This document shows positions 36,124-45,216 of a stretch of 64,000 nt of DNA, one piece after another. How positions within the stretch are numbered: position 1 is the first letter of the stretch; each line of letters opens with the position of its first letter. A model generated the notes under the pieces. The model did not search any database. It worked only from the letters and a program-made list of their open reading frames with translations, and was not told the origin of the DNA. Origin of the DNA: Pyrinomonadaceae bacterium (GTDB lineage: Bacteria; Acidobacteriota; Blastocatellia; Pyrinomonadales; Pyrinomonadaceae); assembly GCA_036387475.1 (NCBI GenBank), contig DASVTR010000020.1, forward strand, positions 117,870 through 181,869. Reading direction: 5' to 3'. The translations under genes were made by a program, and so were the position numbers.

Positions 36124-36636
36124 ATGAAAAAAACAACACTGATTGGCGGCCTTGCCGTCGCGTTACTCGTCGCCGCAGGCTGCTCCTCAACGGGGACAGC
36201 TAACAAGACGACAAATACTTCCACAACGACGACCACCACGAACACGGCCAACCGGACTACTCCTCCGGCATCGAACACGTCCAACACTACGACGTCTAAC
36301 ACCACGACCTCTAACACGACTTCCAGCAGCGCTCCGGCGGAGGGTGGTAAACAGGACTTCGCTTTGACCAACGCGACGGGCGTAGAGATTGACGAGCTAC
36401 ATGTCTCCCCGCACGACGTAGACGACTGGCAGGAAGACATTCTCGGACGCGACACGCTGCCTAATGGTCAGACCGTCAACATCACCTTCAACCCCAAGGA
36501 AAAGGCCGCGCTGTGGGACATCAAGATCACAGACAAGGAAGGCACGAGCATCCAGTGGGAGAGTCTTAACCTGATGGAAATTTCCGAAGTCACGCTGCAT
36601 TTCGAGAACGGCAAGCCGACGGCGACCGTCAAGTAG
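36124..36636 (+). CDS. lipoprotein with a Thr/Asn/Ser-rich linker and the same ~97-aa domain (paralog 2)
   Basis: Lipobox LVAAGCSS. The domain is roughly two-thirds identical to the 35643-36029 product (hand alignment). Confidence 0.7.
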   Translation: MKKTTLIGGLAVALLVAAGCSSTGTANKTTNTSTTTTTTNTANRTTPPASNTSNTTTSNTTTSNTTSSSAPAEGGKQDFALTNATGVEIDELHVSPHDVDDWQEDILGRDTLPNGQTVNITFNPKEKAALWDIKITDKEGTSIQWESLNLMEISEVTLHFENGKPTATVK

Positions 36637-36675
36637 CTGCGGGGCGGCGTCTTTAGCCCTTTAAGCCAGCATTAA

Positions 36676-36720
36676 AGAGCGGCGAGAGTTTCACACTCTC
36701 GCCGCTCTCTTGCTTTCCCT
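36676..36720 (+). terminator. rho-independent terminator
   Basis: agagcggcgagagt-ttcac-actctcgccgctct: 14-bp stem followed by cttgcttt. Confidence 0.65.
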
Positions 36721-36885
36721 TCCTTCAAGGGCCTTCGGCCCGGCATTTACTTTAGCCCAGTAGCGTGCGGGCGGGAAATGTTTTACAATTAAGCCTATCA
36801 GGAAACGAGGGCGAGCTGCCGCAGAAGCCGCTCGCCCTTACTTCTCTAGCTGTTAAGCGCTGGGGCGAAAGAGTTAAATCGAGTT

Positions 36886-39324
36886 ATGGAAGAATATTCA
36901 GATCGCATTCCGTCCGACATCGTGCGTTATCCGATGGTGCCGATTCGTGACGTGGTTATTTTCCCCTTCACTAAAGTTGCTTTTAAGATCGGGCGCGCCG
37001 GAAGCGTGCGCGCTCTCGAAGAGGCGCTCGCGGGCGACCGCACCATCTTTCTCGCCACGCAGCACGATGCCAGCATAGACGAGCCGACGCCCGAACAGAT
37101 TTACGGCGTCGGAACTCTGGGACGTATTCTCCAATCGCAAAAGCAGGAAAACGGCCAGATCAAGGTCGTCGTCGAAGGCCGCGAGCGGGCGACCACCGTG
37201 CGCGTCGAGAATAACAACGGCGCGTTTACAGCGCTCGTGCGCCGCGCTCCAGTCGTGGCTGAGGAGAGCGCGCGGCTTGAGCCTTTCCTCCAAAGAATCA
37301 ACACTCTCGTCGAACAACACTTGCGGCTCGCGCCCGATGCTCAAACCGATGCGCTGCAAACCGCGCTCCGTAATCAAGACCCGTCGCATCTGGCCGACGC
37401 GCTCGCTTCGCAACTGCGTATCTCTGTCGAAGATAAGCAGGGACTTCTGGAGATTTTTTCGACGCAGGCACGCCTTCAGCGCTTGATTGAACTGCTCGAA
37501 ACAGAACTGGAAAAACGCCAACTCGACCGCACCATCCAAACGCGCGTCAAGCGACAGATGGAGAAGGCGCAGAAGGAGTATTACCTCAACGAGCAGATCA
37601 AGGCGATTCACAAAGAGCTTGGCCGCAAGGATGAAAAGGCCGAACTCGAAGAATTGAAGAAGAAGATTGAAGAGGCTGGGATGTCGGAAGAGGCTAAGGA
37701 AAAGGCCATGCAGGAATTGCACCGCCTGGAAGCCATGCCCCCGATGTCCGCCGAAGGGACGGTCTCGCGCACCTACATTGACTGGCTGCTGAGCGTGCCC
37801 TGGAAACAAAAATCAAAAGAGATTAAAGACCTGACGCGCGCCGAAGAGGTCTTGAACGAAGACCACTACGGGCTTGAGAAAATCAAGGAGCGTATTCTCG
37901 AATACCTGGCCGTGCGCCAGTTAGTCAAAAATCCGAAGGGTTCAATTCTCTGCTTCGTCGGCCCGCCCGGAGTCGGAAAGACATCCTTGGGGAAATCCAT
38001 CGCACGCGCGACGAATAGAAAGTTTGTCCGCCTCTCTCTGGGCGGCGTGCGTGACGAGGCTGAGATTCGCGGCCATCGTCGCACCTACATCGGCGCACTT
38101 CCCGGCCAGATTATTCAGATGATGAAGAAGGCCGGAACAGTTAATCCCTTAATCCTGCTCGACGAAGTTGATAAGCTCGGCGCGGATTTCAGGGGCGATC
38201 CCAGTTCTGCCCTTTTGGAAGTGCTCGACCCCGAACAGAACAACACATTTCAGGATCACTACCTGGATGTCGAATACGATCTTTCGCGTGCCTTCTTTAT
38301 CGCGACGGCGAACGTGCTGCACACGATTCCGCCGCCGCTTCAAGACCGCCTTGAGATCATACGCCTTTCGGGCTACACGGAGCGCGAGAAGCTGGAAATC
38401 GCCAAGCGCCATCTAGTGCCGAAGCAGGCCGAAGGCAACGGACTCAAGGCCGAGCAGGTAGAATTTACGGACGACGGCCTTTTGGAAATCATTCGCCACT
38501 ACACGCGCGAGGCTGGCGTGCGCAACATGGAGCGCGAGATCGGCTCTTGCATGAGGAAGGTGGCCCGCCGGTTTGTGACTGAAAATGCGGGCGAAGATTT
38601 CAAGGATGTTGTGACCGAAGAACGTGTGCGCGAGATGCTTGGGCCAATCCGTTTCCGTCAACAGGGCGTGGCGGCGGAAAGCGAGATTGGTCTGGCTACG
38701 GGACTGGCTTGGACGGAAGTCGGCGGCGAAGTCCTGCAAATCGAGGCGACGCTCGTCAAGGGTCGCGGCGGCGTGACGTTGACGGGCAAGCTCGGCGAAG
38801 TAATGCAGGAATCGGCGCAGGCCGCTTTGACCTGTATTCGCGCCCGTGCGGAGCGGCTGGGAATGAGTCTGGACTTCATTCGTAAGCGCGACATGCACAT
38901 ACACATTCCCGAAGGCGCGATTCCGAAGGATGGCCCATCGGCGGGAATTACGCTGGCGACCGCCATGTCCTCGGCCTTGATGCGCGTCCCCGTTCGCAAG
39001 GACGTGGCGATGACGGGCGAGATAACGCTGCGCGGAAAGGTTCTACCCATCGGCGGCGTCAAAGAGAAACTGCTCGCGGCGCATCGCTTTGGCATCAGTA
39101 CGCTGATCCTGCCGAAGGACAACGAAAAGGATTTAATGGAAATCCCGGAGGAAGTGCGCAGTCTGCTGGATGTCCACTTTGTCGAGACGATTGACGAAGT
39201 ATTGGCGCTTGCGCTGGAAAACGCTTGCCCGACGGATGCCGAACCGACCGACGAGACTAAGACGACGCCGCCGCTCTGGACGACAGAGCCGCCGTCGCAG
39301 GGAATACAAACCATCGCCGAATAA
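36886..39324 (+). CDS. lon: ATP-dependent Lon protease
   Basis: LON N-domain, Walker [10 protein letters not shown], catalytic KDGPSAGIT. Confidence 0.95.
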   Translation: MEEYSDRIPSDIVRYPMVPIRDVVIFPFTKVAFKIGRAGSVRALEEALAGDRTIFLATQHDASIDEPTPEQIYGVGTLGRILQSQKQENGQIKVVVEGRERATTVRVENNNGAFTALVRRAPVVAEESARLEPFLQRINTLVEQHLRLAPDAQTDALQTALRNQDPSHLADALASQLRISVEDKQGLLEIFSTQARLQRLIELLETELEKRQLDRTIQTRVKRQMEKAQKEYYLNEQIKAIHKELGRKDEKAELEELKKKIEEAGMSEEAKEKAMQELHRLEAMPPMSAEGTVSRTYIDWLLSVPWKQKSKEIKDLTRAEEVLNEDHYGLEKIKERILEYLAVRQLVKNPKGSILCFVGPPGVGKTSLGKSIARATNRKFVRLSLGGVRDEAEIRGHRRTYIGALPGQIIQMMKKAGTVNPLILLDEVDKLGADFRGDPSSALLEVLDPEQNNTFQDHYLDVEYDLSRAFFIATANVLHTIPPPLQDRLEIIRLSGYTEREKLEIAKRHLVPKQAEGNGLKAEQVEFTDDGLLEIIRHYTREAGVRNMEREIGSCMRKVARRFVTENAGEDFKDVVTEERVREMLGPIRFRQQGVAAESEIGLATGLAWTEVGGEVLQIEATLVKGRGGVTLTGKLGEVMQESAQAALTCIRARAERLGMSLDFIRKRDMHIHIPEGAIPKDGPSAGITLATAMSSALMRVPVRKDVAMTGEITLRGKVLPIGGVKEKLLAAHRFGISTLILPKDNEKDLMEIPEEVRSLLDVHFVETIDEVLALALENACPTDAEPTDETKTTPPLWTTEPPSQGIQTIAE

Positions 39325-39538
39325 CGCTTGTTCGCCGCAGGGGCGAGGGGGCACATCCAAGCGGCATGGCCGGACTTGCGTGCTCCCGCCCTGCGGATGT
39401 ATCTTGAAACCTCGCCTCGCTTTTGTTCGTCTATACAGTCGGACTCAGCAATCATCAATCTTAACCCAGAACGACGAGCACGTTCGCCGGTTAGCTTTCC
39501 GGCTGCGACCAGCGCGTTCAAATCGAATGGAGATTCCA

Positions 39539-39979
39539 ATGAGCGAAAAACATGAATCCGCCAAGCTGATTCTCAAGCTCTATGACCTGCGGCGCGAAGA
39601 AGTGATGAGGAAAGCGCGCTCCTGGTTCATCGCTGAATTTAATCCGCAGAACTTGCAGGATTTCGTCAACGTGACGGCGAGCGACAAGAGCGCCTATTAC
39701 CGTATGGTCACGACCTACTGGGACATGGCCTGCTCGCTGGTCGTCAATGGCGCAATAGACGAGGAGATGTTCTCGGACGCCAACGCAGAGCACGTCGCCG
39801 TCTATTCCAAGATCGAGCCTTTCATCACAGAGATTCGTGCCGCCTACTCGCAAACCTACATGAAACATCTCGAAAAGGTCGTGATGGGTATGCCGAACGC
39901 TAAAGAGGTGGTGGCGACGACGCGCGAGCGGCTCAAGCTGCTCACGACCAACCGTGCCGACGCTGCGAACACTCAGTAA
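39539..39979 (+). CDS. hypothetical protein (146 aa)
   Basis: ATG 39539 after GGAG. The upstream part of the listed ORF overlaps lon and is rejected. Confidence 0.55.
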   Translation: MSEKHESAKLILKLYDLRREEVMRKARSWFIAEFNPQNLQDFVNVTASDKSAYYRMVTTYWDMACSLVVNGAIDEEMFSDANAEHVAVYSKIEPFITEIRAAYSQTYMKHLEKVVMGMPNAKEVVATTRERLKLLTTNRADAANTQ

Positions 39980-39984
39980 AGAAG

Positions 39985-40114
39985 TGATTCGGAAAAGCAG
40001 AATTCAGAATCCAGCAGTCAGGAGTCAGAAGGGAAAGAAAATCAGAAGAATGGGGCTTCCGCAGATTATTCCGGCTTCTGGATTCTGACTCCTGACTGCT
40101 GCTTTTCCGAATCA
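39985..40114. repeat. heptamer-built long hairpin (CAGTCAG / CAGAATC units) ending 2 nt before the engB ATG
   Basis: tgattcggaaaagcag (39985-40000) pairs with ctgcttttccgaatca (40099-40114). Inner cagtcaggagtcagaa pairs with ttctgactcctgactg. Alternative registers exist. Confidence 0.85.
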
Positions 40115-40116
40115 TT

Positions 40117-40704
40117 ATGAAAATTACGAGCGCCGAGTTTATCAAGAGTGCCTTTACGGAGGAGCACTGGCCGACGAACCCTTTGCCGGAGATAGCGTTT
40201 CTGGGGCGCTCAAACGTCGGCAAATCGAGCCTGATAAATTCGCTGTTGGGCGTCAAGGGGCTGGCACGGACTTCTTCGACTCCGGGGCGAACGCAATCGC
40301 TCAACTTTTTTCTGATTAATAATCGTTTCCGTTTCGTTGACCTTCCCGGCTATGGTTACGCGCGCGTTCCCCGAAATGTAAAAGCCGAGTGGGGTGAAAT
40401 GGCGACGAACTTCCTTGCCAAGCGGCTAGGGCTTGTGCTATCAATTCAGATCGTAGATTCGCGCCACGAACCCACAACCCAGGATTTGCAACTCAAGGAA
40501 TGGCTCCAGCACCATGCGAAGCCGCGCGTTGTAGTTGCCACGAAATCCGATAAGCTCTCTAACAATGAGTTGCGTAAAAACATGGGGCGCGTGCGCCGGG
40601 TGATGAACACAGAAAAGGTCATCGCATATTCGGCCACGACCGGGCAGGGACGCGAAGAGGTTTGGCGCAGTATCGAAACAGCAATCAAAGGTTTTTCCCT
40701 TTAG
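40117..40704 (+). CDS. engB: ribosome biogenesis GTP-binding protein YihA/YsxC
   Basis: GRSNVGKSSLINSL (G1), DLPGYGYA (G3), TKSDK (G4). Confidence 0.9.
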   Translation: MKITSAEFIKSAFTEEHWPTNPLPEIAFLGRSNVGKSSLINSLLGVKGLARTSSTPGRTQSLNFFLINNRFRFVDLPGYGYARVPRNVKAEWGEMATNFLAKRLGLVLSIQIVDSRHEPTTQDLQLKEWLQHHAKPRVVVATKSDKLSNNELRKNMGRVRRVMNTEKVIAYSATTGQGREEVWRSIETAIKGFSL

Positions 40705-41225
40705 TAGCCCCTTGGTTTTCTCTAATTTTCGGCGCGAGGCCACGCGCGGGATTTCCCAAGCATCAGAGTGGAGGTCAACGACTAAAGACCCCGGCAGACA
40801 GCTTAACGGATTTGACAGACGCGACCTGAAAGCGGAGCAGCATCGTCGCCTTGCGTAACTACGATTGATGCAAAAGCGCCTCACGCGCGCTTGCCTGACT
40901 CCCGCGTTCACACAGAAAACCCCTGCTCTAAGATTCATCAACGAAAGTTTTCATCACATTGACAACCACGCGGCCATAGATGCCGTACAGAATTTTGAAG
41001 GTATAAAGAGCGTCCCCGTAAATTTATCGGGGCGCATTGAGAAGAACTGAAATGTCACAACGCACACCACGCACACGCACTACTTCAAGCAACAGTTCCG
41101 GCTCGGACGGAAACGGCGAGAACGGAGCGGCGACCACAACCGCCACCGCCGAAGCTCCAGCACCGGAAAAAGTCACCACCAAAGAATCTGCGACGGCCAG
41201 AGAAACGGGAGGCAAGGGCGATGAA

Positions 41226-42479
41226 ATGCTAAATATCGCCGACCTCAAGGAAATGTCCATCTCAAAGCTGACGCAGATCGCCAAGGGCATGGACGTTCCC
41301 GGCGCAACAGGGATGCGCAAGCAGGAATTGATCTTCAAAGTCCTTGCCGCGCAAACCGAAAAAAGCGGGCTTATCTTCTCCGAGGGCGTCCTGGAAACCT
41401 TGCCCGACGGCTTTGGTTTCCTGCGCGCTCCTGAGTACAACTATCTGCCCGGCCCGGACGACATTTACGTCAGCCCGTCGCAGATTCGCAAATTCGATTT
41501 ACGCACGGGCGATACCGTATCCGGGCAGATTCGTCCGCCCAAAGAGGGCGAGCGCTATTTCGCTCTGATTAAGGTCGAGGCCATTAACTTTGAGGCTCCC
41601 GGCGAAACGCGCGACAAGGTTTTCTTCGACAATCTGACGCCGCTCTACCCTGACGAGCAACTGCGTATGGAGACGGCGAAGGAGAATCTTTCGGCCCGCG
41701 TCATAGACCTCGTCACGCCCATCGGTAAAGGCCAGCGCGGCCTTATCGTCGCGCCGCCCCGCACAGGCAAGACGATGCTCTTGCAAACCATCGCCAACTC
41801 CGTCACGGAGAATCACCCGGAAGTTACATTAATCGTTCTCTTGATTGACGAGCGCCCGGAAGAGGTCACGGACATGCAGCGCTCTGTCAACGGCGAAGTC
41901 ATCTCTTCGACGTTTGACGAGCCGCCGACGCGCCACGTGCAGGTCGCAGACATGGTGATCGAGAAGGCCAAGCGCCTCGTCGAGCACAAGCGCGATGTCG
42001 TCATCCTGCTCGACTCGATTACACGTCTCGCCCGCGCGCACAACGCGGTCGTGCCGCCTTCGGGCAAGATTCTCTCCGGCGGTATTGATTCCAATGCCCT
42101 CCAACGTCCGAAGCGTTTCTTCGGCGCGGCGCGCAATATCGAAGAGGGCGGAAGCTTGACGATTATCGCCACAGCCCTGATCGACACAGGCTCACGCATG
42201 GACGACGTGATCTTCGAAGAGTTCAAGGGCACTGGCAATTGCGAAATCCATCTTGACCGGCGCTTGAGCGATAAGCGCCTGTTCCCGGCCATCGACCTTC
42301 AGCGTTCAGGCACACGCAAAGAGGAACTCCTGCTCAGCAAGGAAGACCTCAATCGTATCTGGGTGATGCGCCGCGTGCTCAATCCGCTCTCGCCCGTAGA
42401 GCAGATGGAAGTCGTCCTTGAGCGCTTGGAGAAATCCAAATCCAACGCCGAATTCCTGGCCTCGATGCAAAGCTCATAA
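41226..42479 (+). CDS. rho: transcription termination factor Rho
   Basis: [20 protein letters not shown] (Rho_N), RNA-binding [15 protein letters not shown], Walker [13 protein letters not shown] lies 7 nt upstream. In-frame upstream starts at 41052/41037 would add a low-complexity extension. Confidence 0.9.
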   Translation: MLNIADLKEMSISKLTQIAKGMDVPGATGMRKQELIFKVLAAQTEKSGLIFSEGVLETLPDGFGFLRAPEYNYLPGPDDIYVSPSQIRKFDLRTGDTVSGQIRPPKEGERYFALIKVEAINFEAPGETRDKVFFDNLTPLYPDEQLRMETAKENLSARVIDLVTPIGKGQRGLIVAPPRTGKTMLLQTIANSVTENHPEVTLIVLLIDERPEEVTDMQRSVNGEVISSTFDEPPTRHVQVADMVIEKAKRLVEHKRDVVILLDSITRLARAHNAVVPPSGKILSGGIDSNALQRPKRFFGAARNIEEGGSLTIIATALIDTGSRMDDVIFEEFKGTGNCEIHLDRRLSDKRLFPAIDLQRSGTRKEELLLSKEDLNRIWVMRRVLNPLSPVEQMEVVLERLEKSKSNAEFLASMQSS

Positions 42480-42481
42480 AG

Positions 42482-42555
42482 TAGTGGTCAGTGGTTGGTG
42501 GTCAGTGTTCAGTAAAGGCAAGTTGCTTTGACTGACCACCGACCACTGACCACTA
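42482..42555. repeat. heptamer-built hairpin (TGGTCAG family) after rho
   Basis: tagtggtcagtggttggtggtcagt (42482-42506) pairs with actgaccaccgaccactgaccacta (42531-42555): 25 bp with one G-U. Confidence 0.85.
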
Positions 42556-42659
42556 ATCACTCGTCTTGACAAAGAAGACTTCGCTTCGCATAGTATCCGA
42601 ACGCTCTTGCAGTTTAATCACTAGCGACGGACACCCGACGGGGTGCAGTGTAAAGAGTT

Positions 42660-44084
42660 TTGCGTATTGCAATTCTTTCGTCTGAAGCTGTGCCCTTCGC
42701 CAAGACCGGCGGACTGGCGGACGTGGCGGGCGCGTTGCCGAAGGCACTGGTGGCGGCGGGCGCTGACGTACTGCTAGCGCTCCCGCTCTTTGAGCAGATT
42801 GACCGGCGGCTGCTGAAAAAGCAGGCCATTGATAATCTGTCGGTCGAGTGGCGCGGGCGCGATTATCGTGCGTCTGTCTGGTATTCGGATGCGCCGGGAG
42901 CGCCGTCGTTTTTGATTGACGCGCCGGAGTATTTTGGGCGTCCTTCGATCTACGGCTTTCGCGACGACCATGAGCGCTTCGCCTTTTTCTGTCGCGCGGC
43001 ACTGGCTTTGATGAAGCGTTTGGGCCAGCCGCCCGATGTCGTTCACGTCAACGATTGGCCCGGCGGCTTTGCAGCCGTCGAACTGCGAGCGCGCCGCTCT
43101 TACGATTCATATTACGCGCAAACGCGGACGCTCTTTTCCATACACAATCTTGCTTATCAGGGCGCGTTCGACGGGGGCGAACTTTACAAACTCGGATTCG
43201 ACTGGCCGGAGCAGCGCGAGATGTTCATGGCAAGCGGCGCGGCCTCGGCTTTAAAAGCCGGATTGCTTGCCTCAGACGCGCTCTCGACCGTCAGCCAGCG
43301 CTACGCTCTTGAGATTCAGACACCGGAGCACGGTCATGGCCTTGAATGGATTCTGCGTGCGCGGCGAGACCGGCTCGTAGGGATTACAAACGGCGTCGAC
43401 TATGAAGTCTGGAATCCAGCGACGGACGAGCATCTTCCGGCGCACTACAGCGCGGATAACTTGGAAGGCAAACGCTATTGCAAGCTCGCGCTGCTGAGCC
43501 GTTTGGGGCTGCCTGCGGATTTAGACCGCCCCGTAATTGCGACCATCTCGCGCCTGACGCCGCAGAAAGGCTTCGACTTGATACGCGAAGCGGCGGGTGC
43601 AATCCTTGAAACGGGCGCATATTTTGTCGCGCTCGGCTCAGGCGCGCAGGAGTACGAAGACTTTCTGCAACTGATGCGCGACCACTCGCCCCGGCAGGTC
43701 GGCATCTACAAAGGCTTCAACGAGCCGCTGGCGCACCAGATAGAAGCAGGCGCGGACATCTTTCTCATGCCGTCGCAATATGAGCCGTGCGGACTGAACC
43801 AGATGTACTCGACGCGCTACGGCACTGTTCCGGTGGTGCGTGCGACAGGCGGCCTTGACGACACGGTGCAGGATTTCGACCGTCTGGCCGGAACGGGCAA
43901 CGGCTTTAAGTTTGGGCCGTACACAGCCCAGGCTATGCTTGAAAAAATTCACGAAGCGCTTTACTGTTATGCTGAACCTGAGACATGGACGCGGATTCAG
44001 CAGAACGGCATGCGCGTGGACAATTCATGGCAAGCCGCCGCCTTGAAGTATCTGAATCTTTACCGGGCCGTGACCAGAATGTAA
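42660..44084 (+). CDS. glgA: glycogen (starch) synthase
   Basis: MRIAILSSEAVPFAKTGGLADV. GT5/GT1 C-terminal motifs. TTG start. Confidence 0.9.
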   Translation: MRIAILSSEAVPFAKTGGLADVAGALPKALVAAGADVLLALPLFEQIDRRLLKKQAIDNLSVEWRGRDYRASVWYSDAPGAPSFLIDAPEYFGRPSIYGFRDDHERFAFFCRAALALMKRLGQPPDVVHVNDWPGGFAAVELRARRSYDSYYAQTRTLFSIHNLAYQGAFDGGELYKLGFDWPEQREMFMASGAASALKAGLLASDALSTVSQRYALEIQTPEHGHGLEWILRARRDRLVGITNGVDYEVWNPATDEHLPAHYSADNLEGKRYCKLALLSRLGLPADLDRPVIATISRLTPQKGFDLIREAAGAILETGAYFVALGSGAQEYEDFLQLMRDHSPRQVGIYKGFNEPLAHQIEAGADIFLMPSQYEPCGLNQMYSTRYGTVPVVRATGGLDDTVQDFDRLAGTGNGFKFGPYTAQAMLEKIHEALYCYAEPETWTRIQQNGMRVDNSWQAAALKYLNLYRAVTRM

Positions 44085-44220
44085 GAGCGCCGTTAGATGC
44101 TGGCTAACGCTTGATGCTGGCATCTGGCAACAACATCTATTTTTAAAGGACGCGCCGAGAGTTAAGCTCAGGCTCGCTTGCTGGCCGTCACAAGGTGAAA
44201 GAAATAAGGAGAGTACAATA

Positions 44221-44562
44221 ATGAGTGAAAACGTGATTGAAGTAAGCGACAGCAGTTTTGAGAAGGACGTTCTACAGTCGGACACGCCCGTGCTCGTAGA
44301 CTTCTGGGCGGCATGGTGCGCGCCCTGCCGTATGCTCGCGCCGACGGTCGAGGCTGTGGCCGAGAAATACTCCGGCACTGCGCGCGTCGTCAAGCTCAAC
44401 GTCGACGAGAACCCTTCTATCTCGCAGCGCTACGGCATCAAGGGCATCCCGACGCTGATTCTCTTCAAAGGCGGGAAGGAAGAAGAGCGCGTCGTCGGCG
44501 CGACGAGCAAGGAAGCGATCTCGCGTATGCTCGATAAACACGTCAGTGCCGCCACCGCTTAA
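44221..44562 (+). CDS. trxA: thioredoxin
   Basis: DFWAAWCAPCR active site (WCAPC variant), GIKGIPTLILFKGG. Confidence 0.9.
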   Translation: MSENVIEVSDSSFEKDVLQSDTPVLVDFWAAWCAPCRMLAPTVEAVAEKYSGTARVVKLNVDENPSISQRYGIKGIPTLILFKGGKEEERVVGATSKEAISRMLDKHVSAATA

Positions 44563-44584
44563 AAAATTCCGAACGATACCGGAT

Positions 44585-44624
44585 GGCGCGGTCGGACATT
44601 GTACTTCCGCGCCTTCGTCTGTTT
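44585..44624 (+). terminator. probable rho-independent terminator
   Basis: ggcgcgg (44585-44591) pairs with ccgcgcc (44607-44613), followed by ttcgtctgttt. Confidence 0.5.
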
Positions 44625-44727
44625 AATGAAAAGCAAGAGAAGTTCCGTTGGGCTACGTAGTCATCTCCTGTAGCTGTTAGCGCCTGCTGCTCTCAAGGCA
44701 CGCGCGGGCGAGAGCGGAAGCTACCCT

Positions 44728-45135
44728 ATGAAACCAACGCAGAGTCGCGCCGTCACGCGCCGCAAGCGCACGTTTGAAGAAAGGCTCGCTGAGCGTCTGC
44801 GCTCGCGCACGGTCGAAGACGCACGGCTGCGCGCACGGCAGGCGCAGGGTAAGCTGCGTCGCTTCGTCAGCGCCAACTTTCGCAAGCAGGAAGCCATCGA
44901 GGCGCTCGCCCTGCGGCGCGGCGACTGCAATCGCTGCGGCGCGTGCTGCGAGCTTCTCTTCAAGTGTCCATTCCTTAAGAAGCAGGATGATGGGACTTCC
45001 CTGTGCGGCATCTACGAAGATCGCCCCAACCAGTGCCGCTTCTTTCCCATCACACAGCGCGACATCGAAGAAGTGCGCGGAACCTGTAGCTTCTACTTTA
45101 TCGAGAAGCCGGTCAATTTAGAGAAAGCAAGCTAA
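44728..45135 (+). CDS. YkgJ-family Cys-cluster (putative Zn/Fe-chelating) protein
   Basis: CNRCGACCELLFKCPFL ... CGIYEDRPNQCRFFP. Confidence 0.7.
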   Translation: MKPTQSRAVTRRKRTFEERLAERLRSRTVEDARLRARQAQGKLRRFVSANFRKQEAIEALALRRGDCNRCGACCELLFKCPFLKKQDDGTSLCGIYEDRPNQCRFFPITQRDIEEVRGTCSFYFIEKPVNLEKAS

Positions 45136-45136
45136 A

Positions 45137-45212
45137 CAGTTTTCAGTTTTCGGTTTTCAGTTTTAAGCCGCTGGCTGCTGACTGAAAACTGAAAACCGAA
45201 AACTGAAAACTG
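45137..45212. repeat. heptamer-built perfect hairpin (CAGTTTT family) filling the gap up to purA
   Basis: The 28-nt arm cagttttcagttttcggttttcagtttt (45137-45164) is perfectly complementary to 45185-45212. The purA ATG is at 45217. Confidence 0.9.
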
Positions 45213-45216
45213 ACTT

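Noticed and set aside
36190-36340. Repetitive acg/acc/aac-rich DNA in the lipoprotein gene, considered as a variable-number tandem repeat or contingency locus.
   Set aside because: It is an imperfect, in-frame, low-complexity Thr/Asn/Ser linker with no exact tandem unit, so there is no homopolymer or perfect microsatellite that would slip. It is noted under the paralog finding instead.
41037-41225. Apparent 58-63-aa Thr/Ser/Asn/Gly-rich N-terminal extension of Rho (ORF track starts at 41037; there is also an ATG at 41052).
   Set aside because: Third-position G+C of the extension is about 55%, against about 73% in the first 45 codons of the Rho body (hand counts). An AAGGG SD-like motif lies 7 nt before ATG 41226, and starting there gives a canonical ~417-aa Rho beginning with the usual N-terminal helix. 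The long upstream region is more likely the rho leader. Ribo-seq or N-terminal proteomics could overturn this.
44095-44150. Direct 9-nt repeat gatgctggc (twice) with small palindromes after glgA, considered as a regulatory operator or terminator.
   Set aside because: The stems are at most 6 bp with loops too short to fold. Only a weak T-run follows. This is too little to support a feature call.
44290-44320. Thioredoxin active site WCAPC instead of the textbook WCGPC.
   Set aside because: It is a single-residue variant that is known to occur naturally among thioredoxins. It is not by itself evidence of unusual function.
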